A stretch of 64,000 nt of DNA, taken from NCBI GenBank assembly GCA_964447415.1, contig CAYUSN010000001.1, forward strand, positions 185,727 through 249,726, given 5' to 3'. The notes below the pieces were generated by a model that made no database searches, was not told the DNA's origin, and was given only the letters and a program-made list of their open reading frames with translations. This document shows, in pieces, positions 20,811 through 31,174 of the stretch. Positions within the stretch are counted from its first letter, which is position 1, and every line of letters starts with the position of its first letter. The position numbers and the translations under genes are program-made. This DNA is from an uncultured Candidatus Saccharibacteria bacterium. GTDB taxonomy: Bacteria > Patescibacteriota > Minisyncoccia > Phycocordibacterales > EsbW-18.

Positions 20811-22097
20811 ATGGGAACACTCGACTTTGCACGGCACATTCACTTCATCGGCATCGGCGGAATCGGTGTCTCCGCGCTTGCCCGTTTGATGAAACACCAC
20901 GGGAAACATGTTTCCGGTTCCGACCGAGACATGACGCGGTTGACGCGTGAGCTTGAACGAGAAGGTATCCGTGTGCGTCCCGGACATGACGAACACCACG
21001 TGCCGCTGTTTGCTGATTTTATTGTGCATTCACCGGCGATTCCGTCTGATAATCCTGAACTGATGAAGGCGCGCGAACTCGGAATTCCCTCAATGTCGTA
21101 TCCCGAAGCGCTCGGCGCGGTGACACGTGACACGTTTACGGTTGCTGTATCGGGCACGCATGGAAAGACCACAACGACAGCAATGCTCGCTGAAGTTCTC
21201 AAGGAAAGTGTCAATCCGACGGTTATCGTGGGTTCACTGCTTTCCGGAGGCCGCAGTAACTTTGTCGCGGGTCATCCGAAGCGTTTTGTGGTGGAGGCGT
21301 GCGAATACAAACGCTCATTCCTCAACTTGCATCCTGACATTCTCGTCATCACCAATATTGATGAGGATCACCTCGACTACTACCGCGACTTGGAGGACAT
21401 CAAGAGCGCCTTTCGTGAGATGGTGCAAAAGGTTCCCGTATACGGCGCCGTTGTGTGTGACCTCTCCGACCCGAATATTGCAGATGTTGTGTCTGAGAGC
21501 CGCGCACCCATCATCAACTACATGGCGTTTTATGACGATGCGCGCAAACTCTCGGTATTTGGCGAGCACAATTTGCGCAACGCGGCCGCGGCGCACGCGG
21601 TTGCCGACTATTTCAATATTCCGGAGACAGAGGTAAACCGTGCACTCTTGAAATTTACCGGCACATGGCGCCGGAGTGAGTACAAAGGACGTACAACGCG
21701 TGGTGCAGACGTGTATGACGACTACGCGCATCACCCGAGAGAGATCCGCACGACACTCTCAGGTTTCAGAAAGCGATATCCCGATAAAAACCTGGTCGTC
21801 GCGTTTCAACCGCACCTCTATTCGCGCACAAAGACGCTCTTTGATGATTTTATCGACAGTTTTCACAACGCCGACCGGCTACTGCTCGCCCCGATTTACG
21901 CGGCACGCGAAGCGTATGACCCGACCATCTCGCACCACCAACTCGGTGATGCGATACGAGAGTATGGCGGCCGCGTTGAATCGTACGAAACACTGCACGC
22001 GCTGTCACACGAGCTCGCGCGCGGACTCACCCAGGATGACATTGTCATCACGATGGGTGCGGGTGATATCTACACAGTCGGCGAGAAACTTTTGTAA
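20811..22097 (+). CDS. murC: UDP-N-acetylmuramate--L-alanine ligase
   Basis: HFIGIGGIG, GTHGKTTT, EACEY, DHLDYY, DDYAHHP, FQPHLYSRT. Confidence 0.97.
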   Translation: MGTLDFARHIHFIGIGGIGVSALARLMKHHGKHVSGSDRDMTRLTRELEREGIRVRPGHDEHHVPLFADFIVHSPAIPSDNPELMKARELGIPSMSYPEALGAVTRDTFTVAVSGTHGKTTTTAMLAEVLKESVNPTVIVGSLLSGGRSNFVAGHPKRFVVEACEYKRSFLNLHPDILVITNIDEDHLDYYRDLEDIKSAFREMVQKVPVYGAVVCDLSDPNIADVVSESRAPIINYMAFYDDARKLSVFGEHNLRNAAAAHAVADYFNIPETEVNRALLKFTGTWRRSEYKGRTTRGADVYDDYAHHPREIRTTLSGFRKRYPDKNLVVAFQPHLYSRTKTLFDDFIDSFHNADRLLLAPIYAAREAYDPTISHHQLGDAIREYGGRVESYETLHALSHELARGLTQDDIVITMGAGDIYTVGEKLL

Positions 22098-22187
22098 ACG
22101 TATTGCAGGAAATACTTGACACCTCCTATTTTTTGGAGTATTTTCCTGACAGAGCTTGGTCTTCAAACAACGAAACGGAGGCAACAA

Positions 22188-22871
22188 ATGTTCGAGCATC
22201 TCCCGTCGTTCTACAGCGATTTGCATTGGAAGCGGACCGGTTTCTTCTCGAAGCTCCTGCTTTTCATCATGGCGGTTCTGAAGTTCGTGCCGGAGGCATT
22301 GCTCTTCGGCGCCATCTCGGCTCTCGTGTCGTTCTCGAGCACGACGTACAGCATCGCGGGGACGATGGACGCGAAGTTCAAGGAAGTGGGCGAGAGTGGT
22401 GGTATCCCGGCTTTCTCGGTGTGGTTCTGGGGTCCACTCATGATTGTGTGCGGGATTCTCGCATTCGTCTCTGCACTTGTTGTAGTGATTTTCAAGTCAT
22501 TCCTGACCGCGAATCAGTGCGACGTCGTATCGCGGATTCTGCAGAAGAGTCGGTTGCGCGCCCTTGCGACACTTGTTGTCCAGGAAGGCATCTGGCGAAA
22601 CCCACAGGAACACACGGAAGCGTTTCTACGCATCCGTGCCATCGTGATGAATTCCTACAAGGAAGCGGCGCTTCCTGCGCTTTATGAAATCGAAGCCAAG
22701 GCCAAGGATTTTTCCGACAGGAAGCAGATGGTTCGCGTCTACAAGCAGCTCGCCGAAGCGTACACCTCATACGGCGATGAGAGGAGCGCCCGTAGGACTC
22801 TCGGGTATGCGCGTGCTCTCGGTGAGGAGTTGGATCTCGATGATCAGTTGCTCAAGACATACGTCGTCTAA
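22188..22871 (+). CDS. Orphan membrane protein with helical (TPR-like) C-terminus, SD-led cassette
   Basis: TTGACA-17-TATTTT; SD GGAGG; terminator near 22887-22913. Confidence 0.7.
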   Translation: MFEHLPSFYSDLHWKRTGFFSKLLLFIMAVLKFVPEALLFGAISALVSFSSTTYSIAGTMDAKFKEVGESGGIPAFSVWFWGPLMIVCGILAFVSALVVVIFKSFLTANQCDVVSRILQKSRLRALATLVVQEGIWRNPQEHTEAFLRIRAIVMNSYKEAALPALYEIEAKAKDFSDRKQMVRVYKQLAEAYTSYGDERSARRTLGYARALGEELDLDDQLLKTYVV

Positions 22872-22938
22872 CCTCCGTTCGTTTCGCGCCCCGCGAGGAT
22901 TCCTCGCGGGGCGTTTCGGTTTCATGTATAGTGCCCGT

Positions 22939-23634
22939 ATGACAAGTGAAATACTCGGAACGCTTTACGTGGTGGGAACGCCGATAGGCAACTTGGAAGA
23001 CGTGACGCTCCGCGCGTTGCGCATTTTGAAAGAGGCGGACGTTATTTTCTGCGAAGACACGCGCGTAACGAAGCGCCTGCTGGATAAGTACGACATTCAC
23101 ACACGCACGACATCTTTGAATGCGCGCACCGAACACGCAAAAATCGGCTCAGTGATGGGAGCACTAACTGAGGGGAAGAAGGTTGCGCTCGTCTCTGATG
23201 CAGGAACGCCGGGCGTATCGGACCCGGGCGGGCTCGTGGTGTCAGTCGTTCGGGAGAAAATGCCGGATGTTCGCATTGAAGTTATTCCCGGTCCTTCGGC
23301 GCTCACTGCAGCGCTCTCCATTGCAAGCGTGCCCGTTGCGGATTTTGTGTTCTTAGGGTTTTTGCCGCACAAAAAAGGACGCCAAACACTCTTCAAAGAG
23401 ATTGCGGAGAGTAAGCGCGCGATGATTTTCTATGAATCACCGCACCGCATTATGAAGACACTCGCCTCGCTTAGAGATGTGTTAGAAGACGACAGAATCG
23501 TCGGTATCGCACGCGAACTAACGAAAATTTACGAAGAAATCGTCCGCGGCAGCGCCACAGAGGTGCTTTCATACTTCGAAACGAACAAGGAAAAACAGAA
23601 GGGGGAGTTTGTGGTGATTGTCTCCGGAAAATAA
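22939..23634 (+). CDS. rsmI: 16S rRNA C1402 2'-O-methyltransferase
   Basis: LYVVGTPIGNLED, CEDTR, SDAGTP..SDPG, YESPHR, RELTK. Confidence 0.97.
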   Translation: MTSEILGTLYVVGTPIGNLEDVTLRALRILKEADVIFCEDTRVTKRLLDKYDIHTRTTSLNARTEHAKIGSVMGALTEGKKVALVSDAGTPGVSDPGGLVVSVVREKMPDVRIEVIPGPSALTAALSIASVPVADFVFLGFLPHKKGRQTLFKEIAESKRAMIFYESPHRIMKTLASLRDVLEDDRIVGIARELTKIYEEIVRGSATEVLSYFETNKEKQKGEFVVIVSGK

Positions 23635-23702
23635 AGAGAGGCAGGCTTTTTTGCCCTGTTTTGCACTACCATGCCCGCATAATTCGTGCGATACTACTGC
23701 GC

Positions 23703-23903
23703 ATGCAGAAGGCACAGACACGCATAATTATCATCACCGGAGCGGCACTCGCACTCTTGCAGGTACTCGGTATTCCGCTGTCATGGAAGTTGTGGCTTTC
23801 TTCTGCAATCGGGTTATTTTTTATCGGATGGGGGCTGTACCTCCGATACGGCCGCAGAACAGCGCATGACCAACCGCATGACGACACACACATCACACAA
23901 TAA
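23703..23903 (+). CDS. Small 2-TM membrane protein
   Basis: Hydrophobic ORF containing LGIP.SWK. Confidence 0.6.
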   Translation: MQKAQTRIIIITGAALALLQVLGIPLSWKLWLSSAIGLFFIGWGLYLRYGRRTAHDQPHDDTHITQ

Positions 23904-25236
23904 AAAACGTTTTTCAATTTCACCTGTTTTTTTATGGGTGTCGTTGGGTGCAGTAGTGGTTTTGTTTCTCGGTTATTTTGTCGGTCCGTCAATTTTTTCC
24001 CACACCTATACGCAGACCGAAGTCACCGCTGAGGTACTCGCCGAAGAAATAGAAGAAGAAGACGTTCCGTCTGTCACACACCTTCCGACACCTGCCGCAG
24101 TTAAGGCAATTTACATGTCGCAGTGCGTCGCGGGGACGCCTTCGTTTCGCGACAAACTTATCACGCTCATTGATGACACGGAATTAAACGCGGTCATCAT
24201 CGACATAAAAGATTTCTCCGGAAAAATCGGATTTACCACCGATAATCCGGCACTTGCGCCGTCGGTGTCGGATGCGTGCGGTGCGCGTGATATGAAGGAA
24301 TTTATAAAACGGCTTCACGACAAAAATATTTACGTTATCGGACGTATCACGGTATTCCAAGATCCGTTTTACTCGAAACTGCACCCTGAATTGGCGGTGA
24401 AAAAAGAAAGCGATACGTCGGTGGTATGGACCGATCACAAAGGACTTTCGTTTATTGATGTCGGGGCGCGGGCGTTTTGGGACTACATCGTGGAACTTTC
24501 CCGCGAATCGTACGCAATCGGATTCGATGAACTCAATTACGATTACGTGCGCTATCCGTCTGACGGCAACATGAAAGACATCGCCTTCACGCTCTCGGAA
24601 GGAAAACCGAAGGACGTCGAGTTGGAAGCATTTTTCTCGTATTTGTACGAGGCGCTTGATACGGGCGAGACGCCGACGTCGGGACTGCGCTCCGTTCGCA
24701 ACATGTTTAAGGGAGGGTCGGCCCGTCCCGTGCTGTCCGTTGATTTATTCGGCTACACCACGACAAATTATGACGATCTCGGCATCGGGCAGCTGCTTGA
24801 ACGCGCGCTTCCGTATTTCGATTACGTCATGCCGATGGTGTATCCGTCGCACTACAACTCGGGATTCATCGGTATCGCCAAACCGGCGACACAACCATAT
24901 GAGGTGGTGAAATATTCCATGGACGCCTCAGTTCGTCGCGTGCGGGCGCTCGCAGATGCAAAAAACTCCACCGCAACCTCAACGGATATGGTGTTTTTGC
25001 GGGAACAGGCAAACAAAGGACACGGCAATATTCACGTACAGCAGATGCGCCCGTGGCTGCAGGATTTTGATTTAGGAGCACAGTACACGCCGGAGATGGT
25101 GCGTGCGCAAATTCAAGCAACATATGACGCAGGGCTCACCTCATGGGCGCTGTGGGATGCAGGTAACACGTACACTCGTGCGGCGCTCGCAAACGAAGAG
25201 GAACCGCTTTCTTCTTTGACACCGGTTTCGCGATAG
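23866..25236 (+). CDS. Putative glycoside hydrolase (DUF4015-like TIM barrel)
   Basis: ELNAVIIDIKD, RITVFQD, GFDELNYDYVRYP, PMVYPSHY, RPWLQDF. Confidence 0.85.
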   Translation: MTNRMTTHTSHNKKRFSISPVFLWVSLGAVVVLFLGYFVGPSIFSHTYTQTEVTAEVLAEEIEEEDVPSVTHLPTPAAVKAIYMSQCVAGTPSFRDKLITLIDDTELNAVIIDIKDFSGKIGFTTDNPALAPSVSDACGARDMKEFIKRLHDKNIYVIGRITVFQDPFYSKLHPELAVKKESDTSVVWTDHKGLSFIDVGARAFWDYIVELSRESYAIGFDELNYDYVRYPSDGNMKDIAFTLSEGKPKDVELEAFFSYLYEALDTGETPTSGLRSVRNMFKGGSARPVLSVDLFGYTTTNYDDLGIGQLLERALPYFDYVMPMVYPSHYNSGFIGIAKPATQPYEVVKYSMDASVRRVRALADAKNSTATSTDMVFLREQANKGHGNIHVQQMRPWLQDFDLGAQYTPEMVRAQIQATYDAGLTSWALWDAGNTYTRAALANEEEPLSSLTPVSR

Positions 25237-25296
25237 GGCACTGTGGTGTCAGATCATACAAAACCGTAGTTCAAACCGATGAGATCGGAGGAAACA

Positions 25297-25557
25297 ATGA
25301 TCGTCGTTTCGATTGAGCAGTACCGTGACTGTCAGAACAACCGTGCGTACGCACTCTCGTTACTGGAGGATCCCATCAGGATCTCCTTGTTGACGACGGG
25401 TTCCTGGGAGTCTCCGGCGGGATTGCCTGCCGACGTGCTCAGTTTCATCGCCGCTTCATATCGAGAGCGGGGGTGGAAGGTGACGTGGAAGAACGGCTCC
25501 AAGCGCATCCGCATCTGGCACCAGGAGAAGGTGTGCGTTACGCGCGCGAAGCGCTAA
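25297..25557 (+). CDS. Orphan protein (86 aa), SD-led cassette
   Basis: SD GGAGG; TTGACA at about 25216. Confidence 0.55.
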   Translation: MIVVSIEQYRDCQNNRAYALSLLEDPIRISLLTTGSWESPAGLPADVLSFIAASYRERGWKVTWKNGSKRIRIWHQEKVCVTRAKR

Positions 25558-25766
25558 GGGTCGCGCTGAGCGGCGCGGGGTTTCTGTTTGCGCCGCTGCT
25601 GATCGTCACCGTCGCATGGTTTCTGTACGCACTATCCGTTGCGCTCGTCGCCGGTCTTACCGACACATCAGCAATGCTCTGGAAAGAGGCGCTTGGTCTC
25701 AAGGTTGTCTGGGTTATTGTCGCAGTGCGCGGACACCACAGGCTCAGGGCCGGGTGCCAAGAGTGA
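25533..25766 (+). CDS. Orphan 2-TM protein (GTG start)
   Basis: AGGAG upstream; hydrophobic; terminator near 25782-25810. Confidence 0.45.
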   Translation: MRYAREALRVALSGAGFLFAPLLIVTVAWFLYALSVALVAGLTDTSAMLWKEALGLKVVWVIVAVRGHHRLRAGCQE

Positions 25767-25904
25767 CCCCCGTTCTTTTCCAAGCCGTTCCTTCGGGGGC
25801 GGCTTGTTTATTACACAAACATTGACACCTTGCCTTTTTCGGTTTGAAAGAGTAAGGTGTTTTCCGGACAGGGTCTTTTTATATCTATACACGGAAAGGG
25901 GGTG

Positions 25905-26366
25905 ATGCCTCTGTCTGCTGTGCTGGTCACCAAACATGCCGTCGAGCGGTATGAGTACTGGCGCGACCTGCGGCATGAATACCTCGGCGAACAGCCGATT
26001 TCCTCCGTTCTGTCGTCAGAGGAGCAGATCGCTCTCATGACACTGCTCGCAGAGGAGTCGTCGGACATACCCGACCATGTCGTTCGCTGCCGGAAAGATC
26101 GGCACAATGGTGTGGATGTTCTGTATCTTGAGAACGACACGTACCGCATCGTGTGCCACTCAAACGGTTCTGTAGTGACTGTGTTTACGGTAGAACCGAA
26201 CACAGCGCACCACGACCCGCGTAGGTGGGCCGGTGTACCGCCGGCGCTAGCGCACACGGTGACCCATACGTGGCCGATCTACGTGCTGACGGGCGGCATC
26301 ATCAAAGTCGGGCGCAGGAGGCGTCCGACAAATGGAGCGCAACCCAAGGAGGAGGCACGGTGTTAG
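25905..26366 (+). CDS. Orphan with TKHAVERY motif (possible DUF4258/RelE-like RNase)
   Basis: N-terminal T.HA.ER and later RIV....VVTV pattern; SD-like AAAGGGGGTG. Confidence 0.45.
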   Translation: MPLSAVLVTKHAVERYEYWRDLRHEYLGEQPISSVLSSEEQIALMTLLAEESSDIPDHVVRCRKDRHNGVDVLYLENDTYRIVCHSNGSVVTVFTVEPNTAHHDPRRWAGVPPALAHTVTHTWPIYVLTGGIIKVGRRRRPTNGAQPKEEARC

Positions 26367-26668
26367 ACACCGACAACAAGTTTGCCGCAGTAGAGAAGGG
26401 TGATGTCGTGTTCCTGCAGGTAAGTCACAAGGACGGTAATGTGACCGCCTGCATGGAGCGCAACGGTTCGGTGCTGTACTGGGCGCACGAAACACCGGTA
26501 AGCATCGTGCGCACGGGCACAGAGACGTTCAAGGGCATCATGTGCCCGGAGGAGCTCAAGCGGGCGCTGATGTTCGTCGCACGTGCGTTCAACCTGCGCG
26601 GCGTCGAACCTCACGAGCCACCCGAAGCATTCAAGAAGACGGGGTGGGTCGCATTCCGGTTCGTCTGA
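26360..26668 (+). CDS. Orphan protein (102 aa, GTG start), possible partner/immunity protein
   Basis: SD AAGGAGGAGG; overlaps upstream stop; terminator near 26692-26735. Confidence 0.55.
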   Translation: MLDTDNKFAAVEKGDVVFLQVSHKDGNVTACMERNGSVLYWAHETPVSIVRTGTETFKGIMCPEELKRALMFVARAFNLRGVEPHEPPEAFKKTGWVAFRFV

Positions 26669-26810
26669 GACGGCGCATCCGACAGAAGTCCGCGCCGGGC
26701 AGGTCTGTAGTTTACAGACCGGCCCGGCGCTTTTTCTTTTTTGTTTCTGTTTTATACTACACACAGCGCACCTGCATCTGTGCAGGTCATCAGTCTTTGA
26801 AATACAACCC

Positions 26811-28616
26811 ATGTCTCTTTACGATCCAAATCGCATCACGTACATCGGCGAGACCGATTACCGCAATAAGCGCGTGAAATTCGGCATCAAGGCGAAGGAT
26901 CGTCCGCGCCACATCTACGCCATCGGAAAGACCGGAACCGGTAAGTCAACGCTCTTGGAGAATATGGCGGTGCAGGATATTCAAAATGGCGAAGGGTTTG
27001 CATTTATCGACCCGCACGGAAAGTCGGCAGATTTGCTTCTCGACTACATTCCCAAAGAACGCGTTGACGACGTACTCTATTTTGCGCCGTTTGATCTGGC
27101 AAACCCGGTGTCGTTTAACGTTATGGAAGACGTCGGTCCTGATAAACGACATCTTGTTGCCGCAGGACTTATGTCGGCGTTCAAAAAAATCTGGGTGGAC
27201 GCGTGGAGCGCCCGCATGGAATACATCCTCAACAACACCATCCTTGCACTTCTTGAATATCCCGACTCCACCCTCTTGGGCGTGAACCGCATGCTTGTGG
27301 ACAAGGAGTACCGCAAAGATGTCGTTGCGCACGTCACCGATCCGGGCGTGAAAGCCTTCTGGGAGGGAGAGTTTGCCAACTACACAGACCGATTTGCGCA
27401 GGACGCGACGCCGGCGATTCAAAACAAGGTTGGGCAATTCACCGCAAACCCCGTTATCCGCAACATCATCGGACAGCCGAAGTCCACGTTCAACATCCGT
27501 GAAATCATGGACCAGAAAAAGATTCTCATCATCAACCTCTCAAAAGGGCAGGTGGGGGAAGATAGCGCCAACCTTTTGGGTTCCATGCTTATCACAAAAA
27601 TTTATCTGGCGGCAATGTCACGCGCCGACTTGCGCGAACAGGAACTCGGCAAGCTGCCGAACTTCTATCTCTATGTGGACGAATTTCAGTCATTCGCGAA
27701 CGAATCGTTTGCCGACATTTTGTCTGAAGCGCGAAAATACAAACTGAATCTCACGATTGCGCACCAATACATCGAGCAGATGAGCGATGAAGTGCGCGCG
27801 GCGGTGTTCGGCAACGTCGGCACGATGGTGTCGTACCGCGTCGGCGCCATTGACGCGGAGTATTTGGAAAAAGAATTTGCGCCGGCGTTTACCGCCGAAG
27901 ATCTCGTGAACATCGGCGCCTTTAAGATGTACCTGAAACTTATGATAGACGGCATGGCGTCAGCGCCGTTTTCTGCAAGCGGACTGCCGCCGATTAAACC
28001 GCCTTCGGTTTCGTACCGCGACGTGGTCATTGCCCATTCTCGCGCTCAGTTTTCCCGACCGCGCGCCGTGGTCGAAAATGAAATTCTTAAATGGCACCAG
28101 AAAGAATTCGGCAAAGGAGGCGGCGGGCGCAGCGACGAGTCGGAGCGCGCACGTCACGGGGGCCGCAGGGAAGATGCGCCGAGAGGCGAGCGGCCACGCG
28201 AGCAGAGGTCGGAACCTCGAAAAGATGATCGAAGAGCGGGCCAGAGGAACGATCGGAGAGAGGAAAAGCCTGCAGTTGACCGCGAGACACAACTTCGTCA
28301 GGCGGTGTCGCTTTCAAGTCTTAGACACAGCGATACCCCCCACAAACACAGACATAAAAGCGTGAAAAAAGACAAAGGACCGTCGCAGGCGCACCTTTCG
28401 GATTTGCGCTCGGCGCTTTCGGCGGTGTTGGGCGATGTGGCACAGACGGTTCCGATGCCGGAACCTCAAAAAACAGCTCCCGCGCCGCAGCAAAAACAGG
28501 AGCCGAAGAACGCACCGCAGGCAACCCAGGAACCGCAGGCAAAAAAACAGCACAAAGAAGTTCCCGAGCACGTACTCAAAGAACTCTTCAAACGCGAGGA
28601 AAAAAACGAAGGGTAA
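26811..28616 (+). CDS. VirB4/TraG-TraD/TrwB-like secretion ATPase
   Basis: IGKTGTGKST Walker A, IDPHG, YVDEFQ Walker B, SEARKY, AHQY; disordered tail. Confidence 0.85.
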   Translation: MSLYDPNRITYIGETDYRNKRVKFGIKAKDRPRHIYAIGKTGTGKSTLLENMAVQDIQNGEGFAFIDPHGKSADLLLDYIPKERVDDVLYFAPFDLANPVSFNVMEDVGPDKRHLVAAGLMSAFKKIWVDAWSARMEYILNNTILALLEYPDSTLLGVNRMLVDKEYRKDVVAHVTDPGVKAFWEGEFANYTDRFAQDATPAIQNKVGQFTANPVIRNIIGQPKSTFNIREIMDQKKILIINLSKGQVGEDSANLLGSMLITKIYLAAMSRADLREQELGKLPNFYLYVDEFQSFANESFADILSEARKYKLNLTIAHQYIEQMSDEVRAAVFGNVGTMVSYRVGAIDAEYLEKEFAPAFTAEDLVNIGAFKMYLKLMIDGMASAPFSASGLPPIKPPSVSYRDVVIAHSRAQFSRPRAVVENEILKWHQKEFGKGGGGRSDESERARHGGRREDAPRGERPREQRSEPRKDDRRAGQRNDRREEKPAVDRETQLRQAVSLSSLRHSDTPHKHRHKSVKKDKGPSQAHLSDLRSALSAVLGDVAQTVPMPEPQKTAPAPQQKQEPKNAPQATQEPQAKKQHKEVPEHVLKELFKREEKNEG

Positions 28617-28658
28617 TTTTATCTTTCTTTCATAGAAGGTTTCGTACAGTGTGCGCAT

Positions 28659-29804
28659 ATGAGATACGCACTGTTTTTTATTTGTACCGCTGCGTGTACG
28701 CCGTTGTTTGCGCATGCGTCGGTTGTTATCAACGAGGTCGCATGGATGGGAACGGCGGTATCTGCAAACGACGAATGGATTGAGTTGTACAACGACGGCG
28801 CTGAGACAGTAGTGCTTGACGGGTGGGTGCTGAAAGGGGAGGACGGCACACCGAATATTGCGCTGTCCGGAACCGTCAACAGCGGTGACTATTTTTTATT
28901 GGAACGCACTGACGATGAAACAGTACCGAGTATTCCCGCGGACGTCATATATTCGGGAGCGCTCGGAAATGAAACCGAAAACCTTTCGCTTGTTGATGCT
29001 GGAGGCGCAATAATCGATTCGATACAGAGCGGAGAGAACTGGTCACTCGGCGGGGACAACACAACGAAACATACTGCACAACGGCAGGCAGACGGGTCGT
29101 GGATTACGGGAGTGCCGTCACCGCGCGCGGCAAACAGCACGGAAAACACGAAAACGGCGGAAACGCCAGGAGGGGAAGTTGCGGGAACAAGCACGAGCAA
29201 AAAAACTTCCGCAAAAACAACGGGTGGGTATACGCAAAAAGTGCATGCATATGCAGGTCAGGATTTTGAAACGGTCGCGGGGGCGTACGCGTTTTTTGAA
29301 GGGTACGGTGTTGATGAGAAGAGCGAACGTCTTGGTTTTGTGCGCTACACGTGGACGTTCGGTGACGGAGCCACGGGGCGCGGAGAAAGCATGCGTCATA
29401 TCTACCATTTTCCCGGCACGTACACCGCGGTGCTGTCGGTATCGGGAGAAAATCAAAAATCACGCGATAAGGTGATGGTTTCTGTTACGGAACCGCTTGT
29501 GGCGATACCGCATGTGGTGTACGGAGCGCGCGGCTATATCGCGGTGCGCAATGAAAGCGCACGTGAGCTTGATCTCTCGGGTTGGCGGTTGCGCCTCAAA
29601 TCCGAAACCAAAGACAGCGCGACATTTACCTTCCCGCACGCGACTTTGATTGCACCCCATACCACAATTCCGTTTCCGTCGGCGGTAACCGATATAAAGC
29701 CGAAAGATTCCGATAGAATTTCACTGATATTGCCCAATGGAAAAACAATCGCAAAATACGTGGGGTCCGCGTATGTTGCGCCCGATATTGAGAAAGAAAA
29801 ATAA
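28659..29804 (+). CDS. Secreted lamin-tail domain plus PKD domain protein
   Basis: VVINEVAW....DEWIELYN; YTWTFGDG...HIYHFPGTY; DLSGWRL. Confidence 0.85.
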   Translation: MRYALFFICTAACTPLFAHASVVINEVAWMGTAVSANDEWIELYNDGAETVVLDGWVLKGEDGTPNIALSGTVNSGDYFLLERTDDETVPSIPADVIYSGALGNETENLSLVDAGGAIIDSIQSGENWSLGGDNTTKHTAQRQADGSWITGVPSPRAANSTENTKTAETPGGEVAGTSTSKKTSAKTTGGYTQKVHAYAGQDFETVAGAYAFFEGYGVDEKSERLGFVRYTWTFGDGATGRGESMRHIYHFPGTYTAVLSVSGENQKSRDKVMVSVTEPLVAIPHVVYGARGYIAVRNESARELDLSGWRLRLKSETKDSATFTFPHATLIAPHTTIPFPSAVTDIKPKDSDRISLILPNGKTIAKYVGSAYVAPDIEKEK

Positions 29805-29805
29805 T

Positions 29806-29946
29806 ATGCTGTGGGTGATTGCAATCGGGGTGCTTGGCGGTGTCTGTTTGGTACGTGCGGTGCACTATTTTGAAGCGCTCGAAAAAACACACGAGCCGTC
29901 GCTCTCCGACGGCATCGAAATCATAGAAGAGGATGTGTTAGGATGA
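29806..29946 (+). CDS. Short TM ORF, possibly the frameshifted C-terminal anchor of the upstream protein
   Basis: MLWVIAIGVLGG...DGIEIIEE in the +1 frame, across an A-run. Confidence 0.4.
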   Translation: MLWVIAIGVLGGVCLVRAVHYFEALEKTHEPSLSDGIEIIEEDVLG

Positions 29947-29950
29947 AAGG

Positions 29951-31144
29951 GTGGAACCCAAACGAATCCTTATTTTTTCCCTTTTTTACGGTCCTTTTTG
30001 GGGCGGGGCGGAGCTTGCGGTGAAAGAAATCACCAACCGGATTGCACCTGAAGACATGGAATTTGACATGGTGACGCTCCGTGCGGACGCGAGTCTACCT
30101 GCAGTTGAAAAAGTCGGAAATATTACCGTGTATCGTATCGGTCCTTCAAAACACGGCATGACACACGAAGCACTGAAGCGTTTTCCGTGGTACTTCATCA
30201 AAGTGCTGTTTCCGGTGCTGGCTGCGCTTAAGGCAAAAAAACTTTCCAAAAAAAATACGTACAGCGCCATGTGGAGTCTTATGACGTACATGGGATTTCC
30301 CGCGGTTCTTGCTCGAATGTTCGGTTTTCGCGTGCCGTATGTGTTGACGTTGCAGGACGGGGACACGGTCGGGCATATCACCGACCGTGCGCGCATCAGG
30401 TTTGTGTTTCCGCTTCTGAAAAAAGTGTTCCGTGACGCGGCGCGCGTGCAGGTCATTTCAAACTACCTCGGCGTATTTGCAAAACACATGGGGTGTCGTG
30501 CGGATCCGGTGCTTATTCCCAACGGCGTAGATATCGCGCGGTTTACGAACGTTGACCGCGGTGACGTTGAAAAGGTTACCGCCGAACTTCACAAAAAAGA
30601 AGGCGAGTTGTTTCTGGTGACGACATCGCGTCTTGTTGAAAAAAACGGCATTGCCGACGTTATAGACGCACTCCACGATATTTCCGGCGTGCGGTTTCTT
30701 ATACTCGGTGACGGTCATCTGCGCGCGGCGCTGGAACAACGCGCGCGCGAGAAAAATGTCTCGGATAAGGTCGTTTTTCTCGGGCACATATCACCGGACA
30801 AAATCCCCACATATCTTCATGCGTCAGATATTTTTATCAGGGCCTCGCTTTCCGAAGGGTTGGGAAGCAGTTTTCTGGAAGCGATGTGTGCGGGACTACC
30901 GGTAATTGCAACGCCCGTCGGCGGTATCCCCGATTTTTTGTTTGACATAGAAGAGTACGGAGAAAAAGCAACAGGTGTCTTTTGTGAACCGAATAATCCC
31001 GAAAGTGTTGCGTTTGCGGTAAAACGATTAGTGCAGGACGCAGGCATGCGGCAAAGAATCTCAAAAAATGCTCGGAACATGGTACTTTCGTCGTACGATT
31101 GGGACGATATTGCCGTCCGGATGCGCGACGTGCTTACCGCTTGA
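29951..31144 (+). CDS. Glycosyltransferase family 4
   Basis: GGAE, SRLVEKNG, EGLGSSFLEAM...PVIAT.VGG. Confidence 0.92.
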   Translation: MEPKRILIFSLFYGPFWGGAELAVKEITNRIAPEDMEFDMVTLRADASLPAVEKVGNITVYRIGPSKHGMTHEALKRFPWYFIKVLFPVLAALKAKKLSKKNTYSAMWSLMTYMGFPAVLARMFGFRVPYVLTLQDGDTVGHITDRARIRFVFPLLKKVFRDAARVQVISNYLGVFAKHMGCRADPVLIPNGVDIARFTNVDRGDVEKVTAELHKKEGELFLVTTSRLVEKNGIADVIDALHDISGVRFLILGDGHLRAALEQRAREKNVSDKVVFLGHISPDKIPTYLHASDIFIRASLSEGLGSSFLEAMCAGLPVIATPVGGIPDFLFDIEEYGEKATGVFCEPNNPESVAFAVKRLVQDAGMRQRISKNARNMVLSSYDWDDIAVRMRDVLTA

Positions 31145-31174
31145 TTTTTTTGTCACCCTCACGTACTGTGGCGG

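Noticed and set aside
22120-22127. CACCTCCT as a displaced anti-SD
   Set aside because: Lies in a promoter -35 and spacer, probably untranscribed and coincidental
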